In this document: in pieces, positions 11,359 through 23,529 of the stretch | Position numbering within the stretch: the stretch's first letter is position 1 | Layout: every line of letters starts with the position of its first letter | From: Octopus sinensis | Lineage: Eukaryota | NCBI RefSeq assembly: GCF_006345805.1 | Contig: NC_043015.1 | Location: 33,170,001-33,234,000, forward strand | Length of the DNA: 64,000 nucleotides | Direction: 5' to 3' | The notes under the pieces: model-generated | Told to the model about the DNA's origin: nothing | The model's database searches: none | What the model saw: the letters and a program-made list of their open reading frames with translations, nothing else | Translations under genes and position numbers: made by a program

Positions 11359-11436
11359 GGAAATCATAGAAGCCAAGCAAGTTGTCAAGATCGAACCCGA
11401 GTGATGAGGCAGATTCTGGATCGACATGGACAGCAG
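11359..11436 (+). other. Candidate 78-nt exon
   Basis: ctgatcgcagtttatag| ... CAG|gtacat. Phase-0 frame fully open (GNHRSQASCQDRTRVMRQILDRHGQQ); phase-1 frame has one TAG at 11367-11369. Confidence 0.3.
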
Positions 11437-13042
11437 GTACATACGTATACATATACAAACACGCACACACACAACCATAAATATACGTATTCAGTCAGTG
11501 CATCCCACCTGTCACTTGTTGAAACATGTCGCTTTTGATATCATTAAACATGCAGCGGCACTTTGAAACTGAAAACGTTTATGCTTGGGTGGTTTTGTGT
11601 AAGAGAGTGTCCAAGTGTGTGTGTGTGTCCGTGTGTGTTCATGAGAGAGAGAGAGAGAGAGAGAAAGAGGTGATTGTTTCACATACATAACGATACACTT
11701 ACATTTATGAATCTGGTTATATCTGGGAACAAAAAAACATTGAGAAAGTGAAAGAGACCAATACCGAAAGATTACTTTCTGAATTGAAATTGAAAAGAGG
11801 AAACCTTAAAAGTAAAGCTGTATAATGCAGCCAAGACATTATGCTTTCTACTTTATAAGAAAGTATATTCTCAATGGACCAACCAAGCTAAAAAAAGACT
11901 TGAAACAGTCTTTGTGACTTTTCTCATTTTTTATTTACGTCTTGAAATCAAAAGTTTCATTGGAGAGTATTAAGTTTTGATATATTTGAAAAAGTAAGGG
12001 AACGCCCTTCTCATGGGTCCTTACAGCACAACACGTGTGGTGGGGTGGGGGGGCTAGGCGCTGTTGTGGTTGTGTGGTAAGAAGCTTGCGTCCCAGCCTC
12101 ATGTTTCCGGGTTCGGTTCCACTGTGGGATACACTGGGTAAATGTCTTTTACTATAGCCTCGAGCTGACCAAAGACTTGCAAGTAGATTTTGTAGAAGGA
12201 AACAGAAAAGATAGACATTCCAACCATGACCATCACATTTTTTCCTGTAACTGTATAGCTCGGACAGCATTATCCAATGTGGACTTTCATTTTTTTAAGC
12301 AGTAAAGTATGTTTAAATGTGAACTTAGTTGTTATTTCTTGCATATTAAGGGACTACATAAAGCCTTCATTGATGGCCTTCGTGGTGGTGGTGGTGGCAG
12401 CAGCAGCGATGGCAGCGATGGTGCTGGTTGTTGTTGATTAACCGTCGTCAACTTGGTTCCATTTGTGAACATCTCATGCATTTTTAATGCAATTAAGAGT
12501 TAACTTATATTTCATGCAGATGGCGCCTCTGAATTATTTATTAAATAGCATGATGTTTGGTCTCTTGTGTTTATTATGATTATTATTATTGTTAAGGCAA
12601 CAAGCTGGCAGACTCGTTAGCAGGCTGGACAAAATGCTTGGCAGCATTTCGTCCATCCTTGTGTTCTCAGTTCAAATTCCACCAAGGTTGGCTTGGCCAT
12701 TCATATTTTCTGGGTCAATAAATTGAGTACCAGTCAAGTACTGGGGTCACTGTGATCAACTTTCCCCGTCTTCCAAGATTTCTGGCTTTGTGCTTATAGC
12801 AAAAAAGGATTGTTAATATTGTTAACGTGGCAAGTTGGCAGAATCGTTAAAAGAAAGGATTATTATTATTATTATTATTTTATTTCTAATAGTGTTCTAC
12901 TAGTGTCTCAGATTTCAGAGACTAAGCTATCGATTTTGATGTTGTGTAAGCCATCCTGTCTTGTAGCAATCTGTAGAATAGTAATACAATTAGTTTAATG
13001 GAAACCCAATTGAAAATGGTTTTGTTTCATTGGTCCTTTCAG

Positions 13043-13156
13043 CTAACGGTCATTGCAATGACCAGTTGCGTACAATGAACAAAATTCGGTATAAAATCGA
13101 AGAAAACCTTAAATCAAAAATAACTTTTAAAGAAGGACAAAGTCAAAATACTCAGG
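13043..13156 (+). CDS. Candidate 114-nt phase 1-1 exon of the unknown plus-strand gene
   Basis: Acceptor ttttgtttcattggtcctttcag|, donor AGG|gtaaat, open frame NGHCNDQLRTMNKIRYKIEENLKSKITFKEGQSQNTQ. No recognisable domain. Confidence 0.45.
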
Positions 13157-13327
13157 GTAAATAATTATTTGTAAAAGTTGGCTTCACAGTAATGTTTATA
13201 TGCATCCACTACTGGCTGCACACTCTGCCAACATTACATAATTCTGAGCCCACAGAAACGGCTGTCGGGCTTAAAATACCATGCCTGCTCCCCTTAGTTT
13301 TCTGTATTTTTTAAATTCTACGTAAAT

Positions 13328-13735
13328 CTGTACTGTAACTCTTTTACTTGTTTCAGTCATGTGATTGTGGCCATGCTGGAGCACCGCATTTAGTCGAGCC
13401 AATCAACCCCAGGACTTATTCTTTGTAAGCCTAGTACTTATTCTATCGGTCTCTTTTGCTGAACCGCTAAGTTACTGGGGCGTAAATGCATCAGCATTGG
13501 TTGTCAAGCGATGTTGGGGAGACAAACAGACACACAAACATATACACACACACATATATATATACATATATATGACAGGCTTCTTTCAGTTTCCATCTAC
13601 CAAATCCACTCACAAGGCTTTGGTCGGACCGAGGCTATAGTAGAAGGCACTTGTCCAAGTTGCCACGCAGTGGGACTGAACCCAGAACCATGTGGTTTGT
13701 AAGCAAGCTACTTACCACACAGCCACTCCTACGCC
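13328..13735 (-). mobile_element. tRNA-derived SINE (family B), full length, TSD CGTAAAT
   Basis: Head ggctgtgtggtaagtagcttgc..ggttctgggttcagtcccactg, tail ..ggtgctccagcatggcc..actgaaacaagtaaaagag. Other copies or fragments at about 12060-12210(+), 17440-17790(-), 19440-19860(-), 21050-21270(-), 29085-29430(-), 29510-29900(+), 30820-31110(+), 33135-33390(+), 57470-57820(+), 62064-62415(+). Confidence 0.9.
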
Positions 13736-14039
13736 CGTAAATATATAAATATCTACATCTATATGCTTATACATCTGAACATTTTCAGTTTTTTCTCTCT
13801 CTCTCTGTATATATATCCCTATTGATATTTACATGTGTATTTGCATGTATGTATATTTTATATATCAAGCCTAAGTGTGTTTATTTCCATCTCTATCTCC
13901 ATATGTATATATAAATATATGTACATAATAAAAGTACCAGTTTTGTACTGGGGTTGATGTAATCAACTAGACTCCCTCCTCCAAGATTTCATGCTTTATG
14001 CTTACAGCAGAAAGAATATATATGATACCTCTCTCTCTT

Positions 14040-14074
<35 letters not shown>

Positions 14075-15549
14075 GCATGTGTGTGTGTGTGTGTCTGTTA
14101 GCTGACCAGATTCAGATAATCTAAGATTTTATCCTGTACGTGCAAGTTTTTACGAGATATTATCAAAAAGCAGATATGAATAGATTGATGTATCTTTCCT
14201 ATCTACTTGGTTATCAGAGTAGATAAAAACGTGCTGGAGAATATTGCTGATAAATAGGTTCTATAGATTGTGTGTGCGTTGCGTGGGTTGCATTGTAGTG
14301 TTAATGGAGGTGATTGTTTAGAATATGTGTTGTGTAGGCTGTGTTATAATACAAGATGTAGTGAATGTATAAAGTATGGTGATGGCATTGAATATGTGCT
14401 GTGTAAGTTGGGTTACATGTCTTGTACAGAATGCTTCTTGTGAATGTACAGTGGGGCTTCTACGTGGTCGTGCAACCTGCCCTGAAATCACAACATATTG
14501 GTCTTAATAGACAAAAGACACAATTGGGAATAAATATATACTAGCGACAGAGGCAGTATTGATACTGAGAAGTAATATTCATCCGACACTTAAATGTGGA
14601 TGTTCTGTTAGAACAAACTATACTGCAGTAGAAACCACAAGAGAGACTCTCATATTTTGTCTTTTGGTGCAAAATGCACTCTTGTTTATATTGCTAGCAG
14701 GGAGATAAAAGCCTACCATCTCCAGCACCAAGACAACCAGTTCACATGATTTTGGCCTTAGTTGGGTCTTGCCACACACATGCAGAGCTCTCTCCAAAAT
14801 TGCATGGTTTCAGGTTCAATACCATGGTACACTTCTTTTACCAAATGTTTTCTACCATAATTTTAGGTCAACTAAAAAGGTACAAGAACAACTTTATGGT
14901 TGAGAACATTTATTTTAAAACCATGTTGTTTCAATTTCAATCTCGCTATGAAATATATTGGACAGGTGTCTTTTGCCATTACCTTGAGTTGACCAGAGGT
15001 GCAAGCATGGCTGTGTGACTGAGAATTTTTCTTCACTGCTATGTGGTTTTAGGTTCAATCCCATTGTTGGGCATCTCAGACTAAAGCTTTGTAAGAGAAA
15101 TTTGGTAAATGGAAACTGCATGGAAGCTTGTCAATGGGACTGTTCCTATTCTTGGATGGTAGATTTAATCTGTCCCCAGTTTTAAGCCCACCACCAAGTC
15201 CTCAACCTTTTAGTGGAATCTGTTCTATTGGAAGCAGAGAGATTTGAACCCCAAATGCAAAATTACAAGTCCACTCTCATGAATGAATCACATTCTTTTC
15301 ATGGAAACAACCTAAAAATTAACCAATTATCTTGAATGCTCCTAAGAATAGCTCCCTTTTTGCACTCGTTAAGCAGTCCTGGGGCCTAAGTCACAGCAGA
15401 GCACTGTTGGCATTTCAAGCAAAACAGGGACTCGTATCTCTGTCTCTCAAATTCCAGATAACAAATGACCAAGCAAACATTTTAAAGTCAATCCCTACTT
15501 CCTAGTTTTGTTACCAGTAAGGATTTAACAATTTATGTATGTATACAAG

Positions 15550-15853
15550 CTTGTTGTTTTGTTGTTTGTTCCTTCTCCAGCCACGCCTGGCTCATAAGGG
15601 CCGGTTTCCCAGTTTCCTTGGCGTATAGGTTCCCTACCTGGACGGGACGCCAGTCCGTCGCAGGTGAGCTACAAGAGGCAGGAGGAAAGTTGTGGCAAAA
15701 GAGTCAACAGAAGTTTACCATTACCTTCTGCTGGAGACACGTGGAGCTTAGTTGTTTCGCTCATAAACACGCACATCACCAGGTCTGAGATTCGAACACG
15801 TGATCCCTCGACTGCGAGTCCACTGCTCTAATCACTAGGCCATGTGCCTCCAC
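15550..15853 (-). mobile_element. SINE with tRNA-like head and V-domain-like core, 9-bp TSD GTATACAAG
   Basis: Minus strand contains cctgcgacggactggcgtcccgtccagg, which I recall as the V-SINE core (unverified). TSD at 15541-15549 and 15854-15862. Elements with a similar head but different tails at about 17918-18216(-), 27590-27923(-), 35330-35590(-); head fragments at 18555-18660(+) and 31880-32010(+). Confidence 0.7.
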
Positions 15854-15924
15854 GTATACAAGTTAGCCTTCCCTTATTGAAATCTGCAGCTAAATGTTTG
15901 TGGGTTTGTTTTCGTTGTATGCAG

Positions 15925-16179
15925 CCAGCGTTCTCTTAACTAATACAGCAACAACAACAACTTTGACAATGAAACCATCCACTTCACTATCCAAACTGAG
16001 ACAAAAGTGCTTGGGTGGGATGTCTTGTTTCATAACTTGCCCCCAACTGGACGACAATGATGGAAGTTCTGAACAACGGTCATAGATACTGCCCCCTCCT
16101 CCTTTAAGCTATAAAAATATAGAGATCAGTTGCTACCATATCCACTTGGCCACCAGTAACCCCCTCATCAAACAAAAAG
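15925..16179 (+). other. Candidate phase 1-1 exon containing one in-frame TAG (16083-16085)
   Basis: Two in-frame acceptors (15924, 15948; the second has a CTTAAC branch-like motif), donor AAG|gtaaaa. Reads ..ATTTTLTMKPSTSLSKLRQKCLGGMSCFITCPQLDDNDGSSEQRS*ILPPPPLSYKNIEISCYHIHLATSNPLIKQK. Confidence 0.35.
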
Positions 16180-17875
16180 GTAAAAAGCACAATTTATTCA
16201 AAAGAGTAAAGGTGCAATATTAAATATTATTGATATATATGGGGAATGGAGGGGGGTGTACTAGTGTGTATACATACATACATACATGATGGCCGCCCCC
16301 TCGCTATCGAGTATGGCCATTGCACGAAGCTTAACTGTTATCGGTGCTGTGATCGAATGTGACTTTTTAGCCCAGCTAAAGATCTACAATGTCTTGTACA
16401 GAATTGGCAGCTAAAACCTTTACACACACACACACACACATACTCTGAAGTAACTTGTTGTAGTTATATCAACCACTCGGTGGTAATATTGTTTGACCAT
16501 TTATCGGAGTCTGTCTGTAATATGTCTTAGTGTTTTAGCATGTGTGTATGTGTATTAGTTTGAATGTGTATCTCTTAGTGTGTGTTAGTGTATTAGCGTG
16601 TGTGTATAAGTGTGTGTATGTGTGCTTGTTTGAGTGAAAGTGTGTGTGTGTGTGTATGACCATATATGTATGAATGCGTGTCTATACCGCAGTTTATGCA
16701 TATGTGAACATATATTTTGTGTGTGTGTTGCTGTGTGTGTGTGTGTGCATATGTCGCTATGTGACTGTGTGTGTATATGTTGCTATGTGAGAGTGTGTGT
16801 GTATGTTGCTATGTGAGTGTATGTATGTATTATACACGTATATATATGTGTCCGCAACGGCCTACATATCCGAGACAAAGAATAAATATTTTTGTGCCTA
16901 TGTGTGTATACATGTGTATATATTGTAGTTGACATAAAAGAGAAATATTTTTTTTTGTCTTTGTTATAAATTTTTTTTATCTCTTAATCAATAACCTATT
17001 GATTATATGATATTGATTACATCACTCTGACCTTATTCCATATTTGTGTCCACCTTCATCCCTTTATCCGTTTGTTTCCATATTGATTTCTTTACCGAGG
17101 TGTCTGAGTAAACAACAAGGATTAGGATTGGTCTTACTGGACAAATGGTCAAACAAATTTACCACTGAGTGGTTGGTATAACTACAAGAAGTTACTGCAG
17201 AGTGTGTGTGTGTATGTAGGTATGTATTTGTGTATGTATGTGTGTACAGAGATGTCTATGTATACATAGATGTGTGTGAACAGGTGCATGCATATGTGTA
17301 TATGTTTGTGAGTGTGTGTGTATTAATTAAAACAAGGAAGTGGCAAAACGCCTCCCTCTGTGCTGAAAATAGATGCCAAATGATGCTAAACCCACCTTAA
17401 AAACTCTAAGAATGCGAGTTGTAGTCAAGCAAAAGTAAAACATTAAATTAAACTTTTGGTTAGTCCTGTAGTCATTAGACTGTAGCCATGCTGGGGCACC
17501 ACCTTGCAGAGTTTTCACTTCAATGAATCAATCCCCGTACTTGAGTTTTGTTAAAACTGGTACTTACTTTATTAGTGTCTTTTTGTCAAACTGCTAAGTT
17601 ATGGGGACATAAACACACCAACATGAAGACACATGCACATGGATATACATACATATACACCAAATCTACTGACAAGGCTTTGGTCAGTCCAAGGCTATAG
17701 TGGAAGACATTTGCCCAAGGTGCCATGCAGTGGGACTGAACCCAGAATCATGTGGTTGGGAAGCAAGCTTCTTACCACACAACCATGTCTGTGCCTAACT
17801 CCTGGCTTGCCAGTTCTCAGTCAAACCGTCCAACCCATTCCAGCATTGAAAGGGGACATTAAACAATGGTGACGA

Positions 17876-17920
<45 letters not shown>

Positions 17921-18240
17921 ACCGTGACCAACCTGGCTATCAGATGTTGCTACACATCGCTGGTCACAATGCGCTTCGCATTGTTTTAGCCTTTAAATGA
18001 TGCCACCCCACTGGCTAAGCGAGCAGGCCAGCAGAAGAAAGAGTGAGAGAAAGTTGTAGCGAAAGAGTACAGCAGGGATCGCCACCACCCCCTGCTGAGC
18101 CTCGTGGAGCTTTGGGTGCTTTTGCTCAATAAACACAACACCCGGTCTGGGAATCGAAACTGCGATCCTACAACCGTGAGTCCGCTGCCCTATCCACTGG
18201 GCCATTGTGCCTCTACACACACACATATATATACATACAT

Positions 18241-18287
<47 letters not shown>

Positions 18288-18365
18288 CACACACACACAT
18301 ACACACACACACACACTCATGAATTCCTCTACCCTTTGATGGGTTTTATTTTTTGTGTCCCACAG

Positions 18366-18496
18366 GTTGTCCAACAGTCACCCTCCTCATCAAGCAAGCT
18401 TGGTGGGATTGCCAGGTTAATCACCTGTGACTTGACCATGCAACAACTTGTTCGGGGTTACACATTACCAATAGCACTCAAGAGTGACCAACATAT
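18366..18496 (+). other. Candidate exon
   Basis: Strong acceptor ttttattttttgtgtcccacag|. Phase-0 frame open to AT|gtatgt (VVQQSPSSSSKLGGIARLITCDLTMQQLVRGYTLPIALKSDQH); phase-1 frame open to CAG|gttaat at 18415 (GCPTVTLLIKQAWWDCQ). Confidence 0.3.
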
Positions 18497-18659
18497 GTAT
18501 GTGCGCATATGCATATATTGTTTTTATATATTTTGATTTTTTATATATATATAAGGTAAATGGCTTAGTGGTTAGAATGTCGGAATTACAATCATGAGGT
18601 TGTAAGTTCGATTCCTAGATCGGGCCGTGTGTTGTGTTCTTGAGCAAGACACTTTAGCC

Positions 18660-19450
18660 AGATGACAAAAATTCATCCTCAAAATTGTGTGCCAATAAGA
18701 AATGCAAAAAGTGAATTGCAAAGGGATCTCAGGGAGATAGAAGATTTATGGTGGTCAAAAAAAGCAGCAGACCCAAGGATTCCAAGACATTCTATGCGGG
18801 TTTAAAACAAGGTTTTGGTCCTGTGGAATGTGGGTCCTCACTGGTTCTGTCATCTGATGGCCAGACACTGTTCACTGATAAAACTGATATCCCCCCTCAG
18901 TGGAAAGAACATTTCATGTCTGTTTTGAACTCCAATGCTGACTTTGATCACAATACTATCAATTCAATTCCACCACATCCCAAAATACTAGAACTCTCTC
19001 TTGTACCTATCATATCAGAAGTGAAATCAGTCATTAAAAAAACATCCTCAAATATGATGCCAGGCAAAGATAGAATTCCTTTGGAAATATATATAAGCAT
19101 GGTGGCCAAAAGCTTGTCTCTAAACTCCATGAGTTATTTCTTGTCATCTGGAAGCACGGACAAGTCCCCTAGGACTTCAAGGATGCCACCATTCAGCATC
19201 TCTACATGAGGAAAGGAAAGAGAACCGTGTGTGACGATTCCCATGGTATATCCCTTTTCTGTATTGCTGGGAAGATCTTGGCAAGGATCTTCTTGAACAG
19301 ACCGATCATGCGTGTTATTGATGAGATATACCCTGAGTCCCAGAGTGACTTTTGCTCAGGGTGTGGAACTGCTGACATGGTATTTTCTCTCCAACAAGTT
19401 GCTGAAAAAACACGGGAGGGAAAAAGTGATGTGTATATGGCATTCATTGT
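18660..19450 (+). mobile_element. RTE (BovB-like) LINE ORF2 fragment, frameshifted
   Basis: SSDGQTLFTDKTDIPPQWKEHF..SEVKSVIKKTSSNMMPGKDRIPLEIY / GISLFCIAGKILARIFLNR..PESQSDFCSGCGTADMVFSLQQVAEKTRE. Confidence 0.88.
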
Positions 19451-19939
19451 TTTATTTGTTACAGTCCTTGTCTGCAGCTTTGTTGGGGCCCCACTTAGAA
19501 GGGTTTAGTCAAACAAACAGACCCCAGGACTTTTTTTTTTCTTGTAAGACTTGTACTTATTCTATCCATCTCTTTCACTGTACCATTAAGTTACAGGGAT
19601 GTAAACAAACCAACACTAAATGCTAAGTGGTGGGTGGGTGGGTGAGGGGACAAATACAAACATAAAGACACATCCATACATGAAACATATTTTTTATGAC
19701 TGCGACCATGCTGGGGCACCACCTTGAAGAATTTTAGTTGAACAAATTGACCCCAGCACTTATTGTTTTTTTGTAAAAGCCTGGAATTTATTCTATCAGT
19801 TTTCTTTTTCCAAACTGCTAAGTTACAGGAATGTAAACGCACCAACAACGGTTGTTAAGCAGTGGTGGGGTCAAACACAGATCTATCTATCTGTCTTTCT
19901 GTCTGTTTGTCTGCCTGTCTATCTTTCTTTCTTTCTTTC

Positions 19940-20760
19940 TGGTCGACCTTGAGCGACTTCAATACAACCAAAGTATTCTGTATAGGATTAGTGGAGGGGA
20001 GGTACGACAACGAGCTCGGGAAGAACCTGGGTGTCGATGAGGAATACCTGACCCACCTGTTCAAGATGACTTTCGGGCTGGGACCTATGGACAACTTCCA
20101 GAGATCCCTGGCCTGGCAGTGCTATTGAGAAGTCCTACCCACCCGGGATAAGCTCTGCAGGCATAGCTCAAGAAACACGGGGCTGACCTGTCCAAGATTC
20201 GGTCAGAGTGATGAAATCATCCTGTATGCACTCATACAGTGTCCAATCATTTCCGATCTGTGGGCCTATATCGAATGACTGCTATCGCGTGTGAGACAAG
20301 TTGGTTTATCAACCGAGTCTATTGTGAATATTGTCGTGCCTCCTTCCTTGAAACGGGAAGTAAGAGCCATTTTCATCGTACTTGTGGCTATGGTGAAAGA
20401 ATGTGTATGGTGGACGCGTCTGAAAGGTCTAGAGACAAAACACTTTCTTCTCTGGTCAATATCTCATCAACTTCTTCAAGTACCAGTTGAAGAGGAAAGT
20501 GAGAGTAGAGAGGGAAGTTTTGTCCAGTGAATGTTTCAAACAAAGATGGGTGAATGTAGCAAGGATGGCACGTGTGAATGACGGAGCCAGCTCAAGCATA
20601 ATCCTATGAACCAGAAAGGAAAAGGAAAAAGAGACCCACTTACTGTAATGTGTCTTTTTTTATTTTTGCGTGACACTATTGCCCAAGGTTCTTGTGGTCT
20701 TTTCTGTAGGCTTTTCTTTCCACGGATAAACCTAATCAGTTTTCCCATTTTACATTGACA
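19940..20760 (+). mobile_element. Tx1/L1-clade LINE 3' fragment
   Basis: FQRSLAWQCY*EVLPTRDKLCRH..CPRFGQSDEIILYALIQCP..LW resembles the L1/Tx1 C-terminal CCHC knuckle region; then AIFIVLVAMVKECVWWTR. Confidence 0.7.
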
Positions 20761-20942
20761 TTTCTGTGATACACGAACCCTATTGATCGCCCCCACCACA
20801 CACATTTTTTCATGATCCCTTTTGATTGGAATTTGATCCACTTTTTCTTTCTTTCTTCTTTTTCCTTCTCTTCTTCCCAAAAAAGAAAAGCTCTACTTTG
20901 TATTTTGTCCCTTCTGTGTTCAGCCCTGCGTGGCAAATAAAC

Positions 20943-20943
20943 A

Positions 20944-21018
<75 letters not shown>

Positions 21019-21020
21019 AT
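20943..21020. repeat. (TATC)n microsatellite
   Basis: Direct inspection. Other large simple repeats: (GT)n 4360-4440, (TATG)n 21510-21700, (GATA/GGTA) 21950-22115, (GTA)n 34091-34195, (CAT/CAC)n 34625-34880, and many (TA)n tracts. Confidence 0.95.
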
Positions 21021-22744
21021 CTACCTACACACAGACAGGCTTATCTTTTTAAAGCCTGGTACTTATTTTATTGGTCTCTTTTGCAAAACTGCTAAATTAC
21101 AGGAACGTAAACATACTGACGCCAGTTGTGAAGCGGTGGTGGGGAACAAACCCCCACCCACCCACACACATGATGGGCTTCTTTCAATTTCTATCTACCA
21201 AATTTATTTACAAGCCTTTGGTCGGCCCAAGGCTATATAGTAGAAGACATCTGCCACAAGGTGCCTGCGCCTATATATATCTACCTGTGTGTGTGTGTGT
21301 GAAAAGGTTGAATTATATTTCATCCTTTAATTTGGATGGTTCCAAAAAACTGATTTCTAATAAAGATTCTTCATATTTTGCTGGTAGCTTACTGACGTAC
21401 GTTTTGCGAATATGAAAATAATACTTGTATATGATGCGTTATGAGAATTTATGGAAAGGAATCCTATAGAACTCGACAAATTTGTTAAAATTGGAGGAGG
21501 GAAGATGTTAATATGTATGTGTATGTATATGTGTGTGTGTATATATATATGTATGTATTTATGTATGTATGTATGGATATGTATGTATGTATATGTATGT
21601 ATGTATATGTATGTATGTATGTATATATATATATGTATGTATATGTATGTATATATATATATGTATGTATGTATAGACACACTGACATACACATACACAC
21701 CTGGAGATTCAACCATGCCTCCCCCACCTGTATAATCCTGACAAGGAGGTTTCAGTGGTATATAAATATATTGATGTGTCACAAACCGATAAGTCATATA
21801 CAATGGGCCTGATCAAAGAGCTTTTGCTCATCTGATGTCATGGTTAACATGTCTTGAATGGTTTCGTACGATTATTGAACTGATCGCTGCTAAATCAATG
21901 ATCAATAGAAGCAGAGAGAGAGAGACAGTAGTTTGTCAATGGGAGATAAGTAGATGGATAGATGCAAGAGAGAGAGGGAGATAGATAGATAGGTAGGTAG
22001 GTAGGAGGATAGATAGATGCGAGGGAGAGAGAGAGATAGATAGGTAGGTAGGTAGGCAGGTAGGTAGGCAGGTAGATAGATAGATGAGAGAGAGAGAAAC
22101 AGACAGACAGATAGATTGGCAAATAGATAAAGAGAAAGACAGATTATTGTTGAGAGGAATTAAAAAGAGACAATGTGCTTGTGTGTGTGTGGATTGATAG
22201 AGAGAGTGAGCTAATGTACGGCACATACATTTGATCATCATCATCATCATTTAACGTCCGCTTTCCATGCTGGCATGGGTTGGACAGTTTGACTGAGCAC
22301 TGGCGAACCAGATGGCTGCACCAGGCTCCAATCTTGATCTGGCAGAGTTTCTACAGCTCGATGCCCTTCCTAATGCCAACCACTCTGAGAGTGTAGAGGG
22401 TGCTTTAACGTGCCAATGCCATGAGGGCCATAAATAAGTCATTTGTGCGGGTCGTTAGGCAAAAGATGAACGCTCATAAGCCATCTTCGACAAGAGAGTC
22501 CATCATTGTTATTATTAAGGCAGTGAACTGGATGAATTGTTAGCAAGCTGTACAAAATGCTTAGCAGCATCCATCATTATGTTCCGAGTTCAAATTCTGC
22601 CGAGGTTGACTTTCATCCTTTCAGGGTTGATGAAATAAGCACTAGTCAAGCACTGGGGTCAATGTAATCAACTTGCCTATTCCCACCATAAAATTTCAGG
22701 TCTTATGCTTATAGTAGAAAGAATTATGATTATTAATAATAATA

Positions 22745-23210
22745 ATGCAGTATCCGGCAGTGGCTCTCATGGCTTCTCATCTTAACTGATTGGAAGTGTT
22801 ATCATGTACATTGTTTTGTCTTGGTATCAAACATAGGCTACAGCAAATATTCTGCTCAATACCATAGATTTGCTTGTCTGTTGTTTGACCTTAAACAGTT
22901 GAGCATGTCCCTTAGTGGCTGACGATATGTGCATCTCTGATCACAAGCAGAAGTAGTGGGGGAACATCATAGCCATGTGTTGAAAGGAATTCTTTGGGAT
23001 TTGAATAATTTACATCTGGAAACAGGAGTGTTTTGTTCATCATCCTCAAACAAACCTTATTCAGGGACTTTTTGAGTGGGATGGGCTACTCGACCTGATG
23101 GTAATTCTAACTGGACCCCACCTGCTAGGTCATATGCTGTTTATCTTGAAAAGAGATCATCGTGTCATGCACACATATGGGTTTGATGCATGTGTCAGAT
23201 GGGTAGTCAT
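22745..23210. repeat. Unclassified interspersed-repeat-like segment
   Basis: Non-coding, preceded by an (AAT)n tail. Resembles a cephalopod repeat I recall, unverified; no second copy seen in the window. Confidence 0.3.
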
Positions 23211-23498
23211 GATGGGTTTATTGGGCTTTGTTTGTTTGTACCCCAGTGAGAAAGCAATGGCATGCATTACTCTCTCACACAATAATAATAATAATGGTTT
23301 CAATTTTTGGCACAGTAACTTTGCCCCCAAATTACAGAAGGTAAGCTAATTACCTCAACTCTGGTACTTGCTGGTGCTTATTTCATTGACCCTGACAGGA
23401 TGAAAGGCAAAGTTGACCCCAATGGTATTTGAAGACTGATGAAATGCTGCTAAGCATTTTGCTTAGTGTGCTAACGATTCTGTCAGCTCACTACCTTG

Positions 23499-23529
<31 letters not shown>

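Noticed and set aside
16150-18397. 27-nt similarity between 16150-16175 and 18371-18397 (ccaccagtaacccc-ctcatcaaacaa versus ccaacagtcaccctcctcatcaagcaa)
   Set aside because: Too short (3 mismatches and 1 gap) to distinguish exon duplication from chance.
21414-21830. Protein-like snippets [20 protein letters not shown] and [33 protein letters not shown]
   Set aside because: Not recognisable, bounded by stops and with poor splice sites.
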